A DNA stretch of 64,000 nt. It comes from Azolla caroliniana. Taxonomy: Eukaryota; Plantae; Polypodiophyta. The stretch lies in contig JBHGNT010000006.1 in assembly GCA_043228905.1 (NCBI GenBank), positions 20,584,001-20,648,000 of the forward strand, read 5' to 3'. The translations under genes were made by a program, and so were the position numbers. Below, in pieces: positions 39,906 through 52,658 of the stretch (within the stretch, counting starts at the first letter, position 1; each line of letters opens with the position of its first letter). The notes below the pieces were generated by a model. That model did not search any database. It was not told where the DNA came from and saw only the letters and a program-made list of their open reading frames with translations.

Positions 39906-41432
39906 TTGAGCATTAAAGATAACGGACCTACCAAGTAGGACCACACGTTCTCATACCAAAGTGCACCAAATCATATTATGAGCTAATTTGAGCACGCTAC
40001 ACCAAAATCATATCACATGCTTTCACAACACGTTACTTTGGAAGAGAACACATTCTAAAATGTGTTGCATAAATGATGTTTTCCCTCCTTCAAAGTACAG
40101 ATTAACCCAAAAAGTTCATAAAATAGGTTGCCAAATACATACATACACACATAGATTTATTGTTTATTTGTACGTTATAATAACAAGTTGCGCTTCTAAA
40201 TCAATTTGAGCCCTTGAAACAACATCCAACTTGCATGCCAAAATAAGCTCAAAAGTCAAACAAACACACTAGCTACATATAGGTGTAAAAAATGTTGAGG
40301 TGAAAGTTCGGTCATACATTCAAAATCCAAACCATGGCATCTATTGCGGGAGACAAAAGAAGACATTGCCCAATAGTGTCATGCTAATGAAACAAACCAA
40401 ACGATAGAGAGGTTGGTTGATCTAAGGGGTAGAATTATAATAAAAAACTGTCAACTATTTAGGCTCAACAAACACCTTAGTTACAATATCCCTAAACATA
40501 GTAACGTAAATATTGATCTTATTATGTTAGGACATGCCATACATAACACCCTACTAGAGATCAAAGTTGTAGAAAAGAGATAACCTTAGGAAGAGACATC
40601 CTCATGTCAAGATTGGAGTCCATAGAACATGAGTTTGGGGATATTGGACATTAAGGAAGTTCCTTACCATTTAGGATTCCATGTTAGGTATGAGTAGGCT
40701 ACGCAACGTATAATCCTTGTCCGGAAGAAGAATCCTATAAGACACTTCCAATTGACAAGTACTTAACAATATTATTTTATTCATGATGAATGTCACTACT
40801 CTTTGTTAGACTCTCAATATTTGCTATCAACTATCCCACACATGTTGTCTTCACTTGAAATCGTGGTGTCTTCTTCGTGTTTTTATTGTAGTTGAGTGAA
40901 CTCTTATTTGTAAGTATCGTTTCCTTTAATAACTTCAATGGTTTTTTGAGGCATTGGGCATGAAATCTAGTTGTCTCTTCGAGTTGTGTTATGATTTTTG
41001 CCATCATCATGCGTTCTACCTTGATAGAAGCTACCCATGTACTCACTTCTCATTGAGCTACGTTGTAATCAAGCTTCACTTGGTTATATTTAATACGTAG
41101 GGTTATAATTACCTCATCCTTATCGTTAAGCAAGTGTATGAGACTCTTTTTGCGGCTTCCAATCTACTATGTGGGTACTTGTGCCATGGTTATAACATAT
41201 GTAGCATGCCATACACGTGCAATATGTATGTATGCTAAATATTTATCGAGTCTTGTACATTTTTTTAAAATTACTTACAATATTTATAATATCAATAACA
41301 AGTTGAATCTTGCCATGTGTTTACACACTTTTATCAATCCTAATGACAATATGCAAATTCAAGATTCAAGATTCAAGTGAGGGGCTCACTTGTAAAATGA
41401 TTGAAATGGTTTTAGCATATCTCAATGATAAT

Positions 41433-41927
41433 TAATAATCGGCAACGGTTCGGTTAAGTTCAAGAGTGTCAAAACCAAATCGGTTTAAAACCAAATTGTT
41501 TAAAATTTTTGAAACTTGAACAAAATCGAATCAAATAGCAAAACCATTTAAACCGAAACCGTTACAAAAATCCAAACTATTAAACCATTAAAACGTTTAA
41601 ACCACAGTTTCGTGGTCTAGTTTCGGTTTTCACGTTAGGTCAACATTCAATTTTTAATTTTTCAAAATTTTAAAGATTTTTCCTAAAATGTGAGATTTAG
41701 GCTTAAAAATGAAAAAACAATCAACTGGCAACCCTAAACCATAAAATTGTTTAAACCATGGTTTCAAACTGTTTAAATCGAACCGAACCCAACTGTTCAC
41801 CCCCAAATTGAACTGAACAGTTTAAAAAACTTGAACTTGAACTGAACCGAATCGTTTAAACCGTTAAGCCTTTGAGATGCAGTTTCGCGGTTCGGTTCGG
41901 TTCAAACTGAACCGTTGTTGATTGTTA
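41433..41927. mobile_element. hAT-type MITE (TAACAATCGGCAAC family, 495 bp)
   Basis: TIRs taataatcggcaacggtt / aaccgttgttgattgtta; perfect TSD ATGATAAT. Confidence 0.9.
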
Positions 41928-44627
41928 ATGATAATGTGAAGACTTTGATGATGAAGGCGTATCACAATTCAAGTTGCAAGAATTTGAATAAAAAGAAACA
42001 AAAGAAGGAGAATTCACAAAGTCATGTTGTCCAAAAACTCTCAATTATCTTCTTTTTTTCCTTCTTCAAAATAAACATAGAATAAAAAATAAATAAAAAA
42101 CTAGTTTCAACTTTATTATTATTACGAGAATGGCAACTTTGTACTTCTAAAATGTATAATATCGTTTTAATATGTTGGAGTATTCTTAGCTTCCTTGTAT
42201 GTGTAGAGTATGTGTTCTTAGACAAGTAGATTCATGCCCAATATTGCCTCTTCTTTGTGATGCTTTACAACATTATTTCAACCACTTCATGTTTGAGTCA
42301 TTTCAAAAGACATAAGTTCTTTCTCGTAATTGCTTACATTAAATTTTCTTGACATCTCTCTTCAAGTCGACGAATCTCAACTTCATTGTGGCATTGGGTC
42401 AATTGCAGGTTGCCAACCTCACTCTGTAGATCTCAAATTCAACTAATATTGTTTCTCTTGATCCCAATAGATCTTTAATTGTCCCCAAAGGATATTTCAA
42501 GTTGCGTTGGCATTCTTGAATGACTTGGAGAATATGTACATTGAACAATGGGAGATTGTAGTGCTTTTATGTTGGTTGTTCATTGGTCATTGTAACCTAA
42601 GTAGACTAACTAACACACCAACAAGAATCATAGAAGGGCCACATATTATATATGTATGACAAGATAACATATACATGCATATAAGGATGCGGGTTGCAAT
42701 GGACATTGTAAATTCCAAAAATACTAGTAAATAGGGTATTAGGAGTTAAAAAATGAATAAACTTCAATGATGGTGTGGGGAGTAGTATACGTGCCTTCCA
42801 TCACCCATCTTTATAAAAGCAAGGGAAATTGCTTGTATTATAAAGTGTAAAAGAAAATTATAATAGTGCTCCTAGTTATATCACAATAAAGAGAGTGACT
42901 AAATCCTAATAAGAGCTTGTGCTCTATTATAATTTTTTTATTTAATATAAGTTTTGTTTCACTAGATACGTCTCTTGCCTCTCCCGTAATCGTAGTCATA
43001 ACTATGTTGTGAGTGTTTATTTAAATTTATATAATCAACAAGCGATTCAGATTTTAACAAAGTGATAATCACAACATGTCTTTGAGTTTTCCTTGACCAA
43101 AGACGATGAGAGGCCAAGTCCCTATTGACCACTTCACTCAATGTTCTCCATGATCTAAGGGGTCGATATCCCCTTAATGACAGGATTCACCATTCTCATG
43201 CTCGGGGCATTACCAACCAACCTACAACTAGTTGAACAATCACCTAGATTTGGCCCTCAATGTTACTAGATTGCAACATAGTGGAGTAGTACATCGTTTG
43301 AATGACACCGGTGTACAACAATGACCCAACCCTTGAATATTGTTTGAAGATAGTGATTCTACCTCAACCTCACTGGCATATGCATTCTTCTATGTATTGT
43401 ACCGGATCATGTATGGATGGTTAGAAAACCCGTTGTTGAAACCATTTTCTTTTGGTACTTATCGTTGAAAATTGCCATAGATTATTGCTGCCATGGTGTT
43501 TGCAAACATAGAGGCTTAGAGAGGAGATTTTGAACCCCATGGACCAATTGCAACCCTTTATTGGAATTGTGTTTGACCATTCTCATATTGTTTTACTGTA
43601 GAGGCATCTCGAAAATGTTGCAATTAGAAGGGAAGCAGGGTTGCCTAATGACGATCTAGACGGTTGGCCAACACTCACTGCTCTCCAATTTGTCCATGTC
43701 TACGCTATTATGTTGTGGAGTATGAATCGGTCTAGCAACTTTTCATAAAAATGATTGACATTGAAATGTTGGATGAATTGCATTTGAAGTAGAAGATGAG
43801 CAAGGGGATGTATCGTAAAGAGAGCCTTCCTAAGGATAGTCAATATGAGTGTAATATCTCAACAAGGAAACATCTTATGGTATGTGCAATGTGTTTGTGC
43901 GTGTGTGTTTTGTGCAATGGATTGGGCAAGAGGGTTAGAATCTTGGTGCTCATGGTAGATTGGACACTGTGTAGAGTTGATATTCAAGGATGTGCATGTG
44001 ACCCAAATATGGGGTGGGTGATGTTTTAGACATTGCATGCTCTAAGTTGTGCAATGGAGCAAGTGCTCTCAGACAATGTTGTCATTATAAACTTTAATTT
44101 GGATTATTTGGTAGTGCGATTGTAGTCCTAAAAAACAACATCATTGTAGGTTGGGCTATGGCCAATTAATGCTCTAGGTGAGCCATGATGGTGTCAATGG
44201 TAAGGTGTTTGGGCTAGTTGAAATACATTTGTTTGATCATGAACACTTTTGTTTTGCATATTGCATCCCAAACTTGTTGCCAAACCTTCCCAACCATAGA
44301 AACGTGAGAAGTGGCACACCTCCTTTGTTGTGTCTCTTAAGGTGTGCAATGTTGGTGGGGTAGGAAAATTCTACAAGATTAATAATGTCCACCAATGGTA
44401 CTATTGCCATATGTAAGAGTGTCATTCCTTCTAAAAGAAATGGAAGAGGCCTCAAGAATAACTCACATGTGAGTACAAAATCTTCTGTTGTATCGATCAA
44501 ACATAACAAAAACACGAAAAAATGAGTGCTTTCCACAACAACAATTTTTGTCTCTTGGTTCGTACTTCATCATCATAAAATACTCCTCGTGTGGCCGCCA
44601 AGTTATAGACTATTTGGTTAGTTAGAT

Positions 44628-44790
44628 TCAAGAAAGTTTGAGGTGTGCAGAGTACATTGAGCAACTCCACCACATCCAATGATGCATCAACATACATGGT
44701 GTTAACTCCACCATGCAAGAAAGTTTGAGGTGTGCAGGGTACATTGGGCAACTCCACCATGTACGAGGATACATCGACATACATCGGCAT
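44628..44790. repeat. Tandem duplication, about 87 bp x2
   Basis: caagaaagtttgaggtgtgcag(a/g)gtacattg(a/g)gcaactccacca repeated. Confidence 0.75.
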
Positions 44791-47060
44791 AGTTCAGTTC
44801 AGGTCCTTGTGGAGTGGACTTCAAGACATGCTTCTTCTACTCTCGGAGGAGTGTGCTTTGTTGAGTGAGTGCCTTAATCAGTCGTGTCACTCAAGTGTGT
44901 AAATTCATGAGGGTAGTATAGTTCACAATGCTCTTGTTTTCCATTGTATGGTGTCTTTTTTAGCTATATTTAGGTAGTTAGCATTGTTTTATGTGCATGA
45001 GGCATTTGAACTTGTAAATGGCAATCATGCAATTCACATGGATGAATTTTCAAAGGGTGAGTCCGTACGTAACATGATTAATGAAGACATCAACACCAAC
45101 GTAGGTATCAAGCTCTATGAAACACTAGGATATATATTTCTAGTTATATATATATATCATTACATATATAGCTTGTATGAGGATAGATAGCTTGTGCTAT
45201 ATCCATTGTTCATGTGTTAGGGGGCGTTTATTTCAGGATTAATGTATTCTTTTATGAGGACATTTTCTTGTGTCCCACATGCATCCTCATATGTGAACAT
45301 TTTCTTTTTTTGGGATTTAATGATACACACATAGACAATATACACGAGTTTTCAAATATATTTATTCATGTATTTATTTATTTTTCACATTTGATTTCCT
45401 AGTTTATACACCTAACATCGTGCTACAAAGTAGAGCACCACGCACACATAGTGCATGTATTGGGTTTACCACATAGGTTCCCAATAAACCCTAAACCCTA
45501 TCATGTGCTAGTTAATCAATTTTTTTGGACAAACAAGAGAAATTAAAAATTAGGATCATCATAAGGGTGCGGTCGAACGTGTTATTCAATTCACACCACT
45601 TAGACACAGATGTTGGGAAAACAAAATTATTTTGTTACGAGGACACATCCCGTGGACTACGTACGCCACACACATATTGTGGTGAACCATCTAATTTTTT
45701 GGATAGTTTTTGGTGATATCGGTTTATATTACACATCCATTGCGACGTAATACTTGCTTTTGTCGAACATGTTTGACAATGTTCACGGTCAGAATTCTCG
45801 GTTACAATCATGTGGGCTTAAACCATGGCCAAATACAGAAACATGTGTTTGACTTATTTTGTTCATCTACATATAGGGTACATAGACCACGATATTATAC
45901 ATGTAAAGGGAGAGAACGAATTCTTCATGATGTGAAGCGAGTTGACAAACAACCCATAAGAATATACTCTAATGTTGTTTTTGACGGGTACTTCTTGGCA
46001 AATAAATGCATACCATTTTAATTAAGGGGAATTAAAATGCTGAAGTCATGGACAAAATGATTGCATTTCATTTCTATATTTGCATGCGCAAACTATGCCT
46101 CCAAGTAGACAACATGTTTGAGCCTCGAAGAGCCGCCATAAATATTTGAAATAACGATAAGATAAAAACATTTAATACCCTGATTCTCGAAACTTATCTC
46201 ATAGGTCTAGAGGGGTATCAACATAAGATCATTTCTAAAATATTGTTTTCCAAGCATAGTTCAAACACTATCTTTTTATGTTAGAATGATTGCCTAAATG
46301 CCACCAACTCATGTGTAAACACATTACAATATCTCACATCAATGACTTGCTCATGAGATTCTCCTAATTGGTGATGGCCTACGTTAGCACCTCTATTGTT
46401 ATACCTATTGCAACATATTCACATATACTTAGTTTTCTCATTACACTTCAAATTCCAAATCTGAATTGGTTTGAGACTCATTTTCTCGCATATCCTTGAT
46501 GGGAGCTGGTGTAAATAGCTAAAACATTTTTCTTTCTCTTTAGAAAATCCTTAAATTGGTGTTTATTCAAACAACCAAAACATAGGCCTTCACACCTAGC
46601 TTTATCTCATGAGTCATAAGTATGGAACCAAATTAGATCTTATTAGAAAGGTTTCGAGAATTCTTGATTGCTCATCATAAGTTTAGTGGTAAATGAGCCT
46701 TGATTAGTCTACTCAGACTCATATCGCCTACTAAAAGTTGTCCCATCATTAACCGATGTCTTTCCTACATCAATGACCTAGTTAAAAAGTTTCTTACAAC
46801 CCTTGTATACAAAGCCATCTTGATAGTGTGACTTAATGTAGTATATTTGTCTTACAAATCTACAAACAAACCTAATGGCAAAGATTACTCTACTAGTCTC
46901 AATCATAATGGTAGTTATCTTGATCTTCATTATCCATTATTGCGGGTGTGCGCTAAGCTTATCCGCCAAACATAACGACATGTCTTTACATAATTTTCAT
47001 GCAGGCCACTACCCAAGTCCACTCCCTAGCCCACACAACATTACAAATGTGTCCACTCCC

Positions 47061-47907
47061 TAGCAATGGGCCCGGTTCGGTTTCTTGGCCTTGAAACCAA
47101 ACCAAACCAAACCGTTTACGAAAATTTTAGAACCAAACCAAACCGGTTTATCATAAATCAAAACCAAACCAAATCATTTTTTTGAGATATTGATTAATGT
47201 TTGAGCAATCCTTGTCATACAATTTTAACTTGAGATCAGTCTCTTTGTCACTGCAACATAGCAATGGGCTTGGTTCGATTTCTTGGCCTTGAAACCAAAC
47301 CAAACCAAACCAAACCGTTTGCGAAAATTTTAGAACCAAACCAAACCAGTTTATCATAAATCAAAACCAAACCAAATCATTTTTTTGAGATATTGATTAT
47401 CATACATATTATGAATCTATGTGAGAAGATCATCATAAATTTGGTCATCATACTTATCATAAATTTAGTTATCACACTTATTATAAATTTGGTCATCATA
47501 CTTGTCATAAATTTAGTCATCATACATATTATAATTTTGGTCATCATACTTATCATAAATTTGATAATCATACATCAAAAGGACACTCTACTTATAATAT
47601 ATATAAAATTTAATAAGTTAGAGCCTATGGGTTTAAAATTAAAAGTTAAAAATTAGCCTAGAGGTGAAATTTAGGAATATCTTTTAACCTATAAACCTAT
47701 AAACCTTTAAACCTTTAAACCTTTAAACCTTTAAACCAAACCACATAAACCGAAACCACTAAACTGCTAAACCATGAAATTCAAAACCAAACCGGATCAT
47801 AACATTTGAAACCAAACCAAACGATTTATTTATTTCTGAACCAATAAACCGTTAAGCCACCGTTTAACAATTCGGTTTGGTTTGAGCTGAAACCGGGCCC
47901 ATTGCTA
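47061..47907. mobile_element. Composite hAT MITE: partial copy (47061-~47197), 57 bp of duplicated host DNA (47202-47258), then a full copy (47259-47907)
   Basis: Two left TIRs tagcaatggg (47061, 47259) and one right TIR cccattgcta (47907). The spacer duplicates 48014-48070. Confidence 0.85.
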
Positions 47908-48649
47908 TCCATACATACCTGGGGGACATTTTGGAAATCCATTCATGTAACAATCAAGTGCCCCCATGAAACTTTTGGTCATGACATAAACATGGAAATT
48001 CCATTCACATTCCTGAGCAATCCTTGTCATACAATTTTAACTTGAGATCAGTCTCTTTGTCATTGCAACTGTGCAACATATTTATCGCTAGTTCCATTTA
48101 TTGTGACATACTTGCACTTTTGGAAAAAAACAATGCATATCAGAATAATGCAACAGAATAGGTAGAACATGTAGGCTCCTGCCCAATAGAAAAAGATAGA
48201 CCATGTAGTGCTCACCAAGGATATAGAAAACCTTTACTTGCAAGAAAAATAGACTATCACAATCTCTATACTGTTCCCACCAGTACTCCAGATATTGCTT
48301 TAACAATTGCAAAACACTGCATTTGTCTTTTACTGTACATATGTCTCCAAGTTTGTATGTGCACAAGAGTGTTACATTGGGGATCCCTTTCATTATTACC
48401 CTACCCTTGAGCTTCATCCATCCCTCCAATCCAACTGGTATATCATCATAAAACAGATACTGGTATGTTTTGGAGGTTTAAAGGAAACACAGTCGTGTAC
48501 AACAATCCGAAATTCTCGAGCGACTCAGAATGAGAGAGCAAAACCAAATCTTTCTGCTTGGTTCTCTCTCCAAACTAAGCCACCCGAATAATTAAGAGTC
48601 ATCGGGTTGTCATTGAGATCACACTTCTTCCACACAAAAAACTAGAAAG

Positions 48650-50943
48650 TCAAAGCCTCTCTGGTTTTACTCGTTTTGCGGGTGGCTGATCAACAGAGGC
48701 CACTTTCTGCTGTTGCTTCCCGAGAACTGTGGATGTTGATGCGTCTGGACCACCACTTGCACTGGCACTTGTGGCCTGTTGGGCGGGAGGACCTTCCACA
48801 CCCTCATTTTGAGAGGTTGGGGCTGTATCTGCTGCTACAATGGGCATGAGTGGAGGTGGTGCTGGGGCTGGTGGAAGCTGGAAATGGAGCACATTTGAAA
48901 TGGTTAGTCACCGATTCTAAAGCAATGAAAGGAGGGAAGGAGTTAAGACAATTATAGCTCTATATACAACTCAATTAACGAAACTTACTTTTCTGTGGAT
49001 TGCATTGAGAATGTGATCAATTCTTAAGGCTTCCTTCACATTGAACATTTCTACACCCTTTCTGCTGTCATCAGAGCCTTTACTGTCAGCTTTCAGTCCT
49101 TCCGCAGATTCACTATCTGAAACAGATTATCAGGTCAGCTTCATACAATAATGTCATCTCTTTTTGTGCTCTAAATACCACCAAAAACACGAAAGAAGCT
49201 TGTCAATGAATTCAAAAGCGAAGTAGTGCAAGGATTACACACCAGTGCCTTCAGTGCAGATAATTACAATTCCACAATTAAAATATGCCTTCTATAAAAC
49301 CCAAATTTGGTTTGTTTTTGTTTTCATTTATGAAGCTTTTGCATGCTTTACATACCATATCCAATCTTCTCAAGTTTTGTTGAGGCCTCAGAAAACGCTT
49401 TTGCAATGTGGTAGAGAGACCTAACCTGTGAATTAGGATACCTTAAATAAGCAAAAGAAGCAATCACAAAATACCAATAGATTGCTCATCTCATTTGTGC
49501 AACATGTGTAATAGGTAACTTACTAACCATCCGAAATTTTCTGTGATTATATGCCAGTAAACAATAATTATTCTTATAAAAGATAAAATACTGATATTTT
49601 CTGTAATCTATAGTGATACGGAGGAGAGCACTTCTCCTTGTTCATAGATAGTAGATGAATTCAATAATGTACCATATTGTAAAGGCAAATCATTTCTCAT
49701 AGTTAATCACAGGCACTGGAATAAAATTCAACTCCAAGACTAAAAGATCTTAAATATATCTATATATGTAGATATATTTACTACATTTGTTGCACATTTT
49801 AAGAATTTCAATATTTGCAAAATGGAAATTTTGATTATCTAAATTATATTATCACTTTGATGCAAACATACGCTCTTCTTATCTATAAAAAGAAAAGGGC
49901 TAAAATTGTAGAACACAAAGGAGTGGCTCATGATTTGTTGAAGTAACAAGAAAAAATCATGGGTATTAAGCTGAATATACAAAACCATTTTGGCATCATA
50001 GCAAATGAAGAAAGTTATTCCTTTCTTTCACGTTTTTCTATCAAAAAGACACTACAAACTCAACAAAGGGGTGCAAAGTTTCCCCTACCCTCAACTGTGA
50101 ATGCCTGATTAGCATAATTTTAAATGCACTATGATGTAAAAGTTTAAAGAACTAGAATACAAGTAGCAGCATACATACCACCCTTGATCCGATCACATTA
50201 TGTATGTTCGGGGCTTGATAGATCGACCCATCTAAAATGTAGTATGCAGAAGTAGGTGTCACCTTTTCAGGACTCTCCCTTTTCTGCTTTCGAAATACGA
50301 AGAAATTCGGCTCCTGTACTTCGTACAGCATGTACTCCATTCCTATCATTTTCCTGTTGGGATCATACAATAATACAACAGCATTAGTAGTTTTCTATCT
50401 CCTCTACCAACAGACACAAGCAGTAGTGAGCATCATCATCAGTCTCCAAGACACATATAAGGAAGGAACATGGACAACAAGATGGAGTGTTCTCTTCTCG
50501 CAGGAGACCACATATTTCTCAAGTTTACAAAAATCAACCTAAGATAAAGGCTACTGAATTTCGTACGGAATTTAAAGAAAGCGACGGGAACACATAGGGG
50601 ACTCCAAGTGCAGTGAATATGTATATGATGGGAAGCCCTGCTTTCTGTTCCTTTTGTTTGTTCTGTTTCCTATTTTGTGTTTAAACAAGGGGAGAAGCAG
50701 AAACAGAGGAGGGAGGTACGAGAGATGTGAGATGTCGAGCGGGTGGATGGAGCGCATGCGGAGGGTCTGGTTGTTGCAGGTGGGGTCGTAGAAGGGGGAG
50801 AGGGCGAAGTAATCGAAGACAAGGGCGCGCTCGAGAGGGAAGGAGTTGAGCCATAGCTGGTCCCTGAAGCTGATTCCAGTCAGCTCTGTTCCTCCACTTG
50901 CACCTGCACCTGCACCTCCTCCATCCGCCATCGCCATCGCCAT
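48650..50943 (-). CDS. MED6: Mediator of RNA polymerase II transcription subunit 6 (about 274 aa, 5 exons)
   Basis: Exons 50943-50720, 50353-50179, 49425-49356, 49116-48989, 48877-48650 (all GT-AG, 825 nt). Motifs [61 protein letters not shown]. Confidence 0.95.
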
Positions 50944-50969
50944 CGCCTTTGCAGGGGAAATATGTAACA

Positions 50970-51011
<42 letters not shown>

Positions 51012-51058
51012 AGTGTCTTCAAATACACACAAAAACAGACTCTCTTTCTCTCTCTCTA

Positions 51059-51558
51059 CATAGTGTGAACCATACGTACCATACGCGAATGTTTCAATCC
51101 TTCGGGTATGGTAAACACCCTCGAAGTATGATACCATACTTTTGTATTCGTTATTTATTATAAGGTAAAACAAAAAATATTTAAGGTAAGAAAGTAAAGG
51201 GAAAAAGCGTTAAAAAAAAAAAAACACATATAAGAATGTTTTGATCACATACGCATTCGTTTGAATTCGTATGAAAAAAGAATGTTTGTTAATGCATTCG
51301 AGCATAATACGTAAAATTCGTGTTCTGTCTAGCATAACATTCGTTTTCCTACATTGGAAAACGAATGTGAATGTTATTCAAACATTCTTGTGTTTTTTTT
51401 GTTTTTTTCCTATTATTTAATGTTTTTTTCCATTTTTTAGGCTTATTTACCTCATAATAAATAGTTAATCCAAAAGTATGGTATTTATCATTCTTTAAGG
51501 CTGTTTTTCTTACGCGACGAATGCGAATGCATGTATGGTACGTATGGTTCATACTATG
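51059..51558. mobile_element. MITE with about 26-bp TIRs immediately upstream of MED6
   Basis: catagtgtgaaccatacgtaccatac ... gtatggtacgtatggttcatactatg; AT-rich interior; no clear TSD. Confidence 0.8.
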
Positions 51559-51850
51559 CATTCGAATATATTGCGTACCATGTACATATAATAATGTTCA
51601 TATAAAACTACATACTATGATTTTTGTCATATGTATATAGGAGGACTCTAATATGATTGGCACACTACTATGATCCATGGACCCAAATTACATACATATA
51701 TAAGACTATTATGATTGGCCATGTACTCGCCTACATTGTATGGGAGAGACTGATGGACTTGAACACGTATCTAGGCATTATTAGGAACTGTTATAATTGG
51801 TCGTGTGATCTCTAAACTATGTGGTGAAGCGGAGCTTAACAATCGGCAAC

Positions 51851-52658
51851 TGTGTGAAAATTGAATGGAATGTACAAAATCGAGTGTGGTTCTTCACACA
51901 CAACATAAAACAATAATAGTGAAGATACTATTTTATACTAGTTTAATATCTTGGTACAAAAAGATGGAGGTCTTCAAGAGCTTTCGAATACACTTTACCA
52001 CATAAGACATGATCAACTAAGTGGCAAGTTATGTGGGTATAAAGTTTGCGAAGAAGAAGAGAAAAAACAAAAGTACAAGATATCCCACATAGACAGGACA
52101 AATAAGGATCCAAGATTATATAACCAAGGCCAAAATACATTACTTTGTGTTTATGAGTGAATCATAGAATGTTCAAGGTGACTTGAGCTAAGTTAATCGG
52201 ACGAATGGGTGTGGCTTATACTTGTAAAGGTTTTGGCCGACCGATGACGGACATGATCGGTTCGGGATTGGCTGAACCGGTCGGGACAGACGAATAGGTC
52301 GGTTGATCGCGGTGCATAGTGTTTTGAAGATTTTCGGTGCAAATACAAGACCAAAAGCCTAGTAGTATTTTTGCTTGAACCTTGCACCTCTAAGATAAGA
52401 AGCAATATACTTACCACTAAGCCAAGTCATATCTTCAAAACTTTACTTTGATCTTTTTATTTTATATGTAAATTCTTATACATGACAACTTAGATGATGA
52501 CATGGCAAGCATGCATTTCATGCATTACGTGCATGTCTTGCACCCTCACATGCACCATATGCATGGGGACATCTATAAAAGAGTGGAGGAATCAAACAAG
52601 TTGAAACTAATGTAAAATCGGGGAAAAATAAGAAAACTTGTATTGTTGATGTATCTTC
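51851..52658 (+). mobile_element. 3'-truncated LTR related to the adjacent gypsy LTRs but in the opposite orientation
   Basis: Starts TGTGTGAAAA. Its reverse complement aligns in blocks with 59865-61255. TATA ctataaaagag at about 52573. Confidence 0.8.

Noticed and set aside
40300-46800. Possible DNA-transposon or gene relic
   Set aside because: Only short ORFs without recognisable motifs; no call can be supported without a search.
47377-47656. Ile/Met-rich ORFs
   Set aside because: Translation of a short tandem repeat (about 24-bp unit) inside a MITE.
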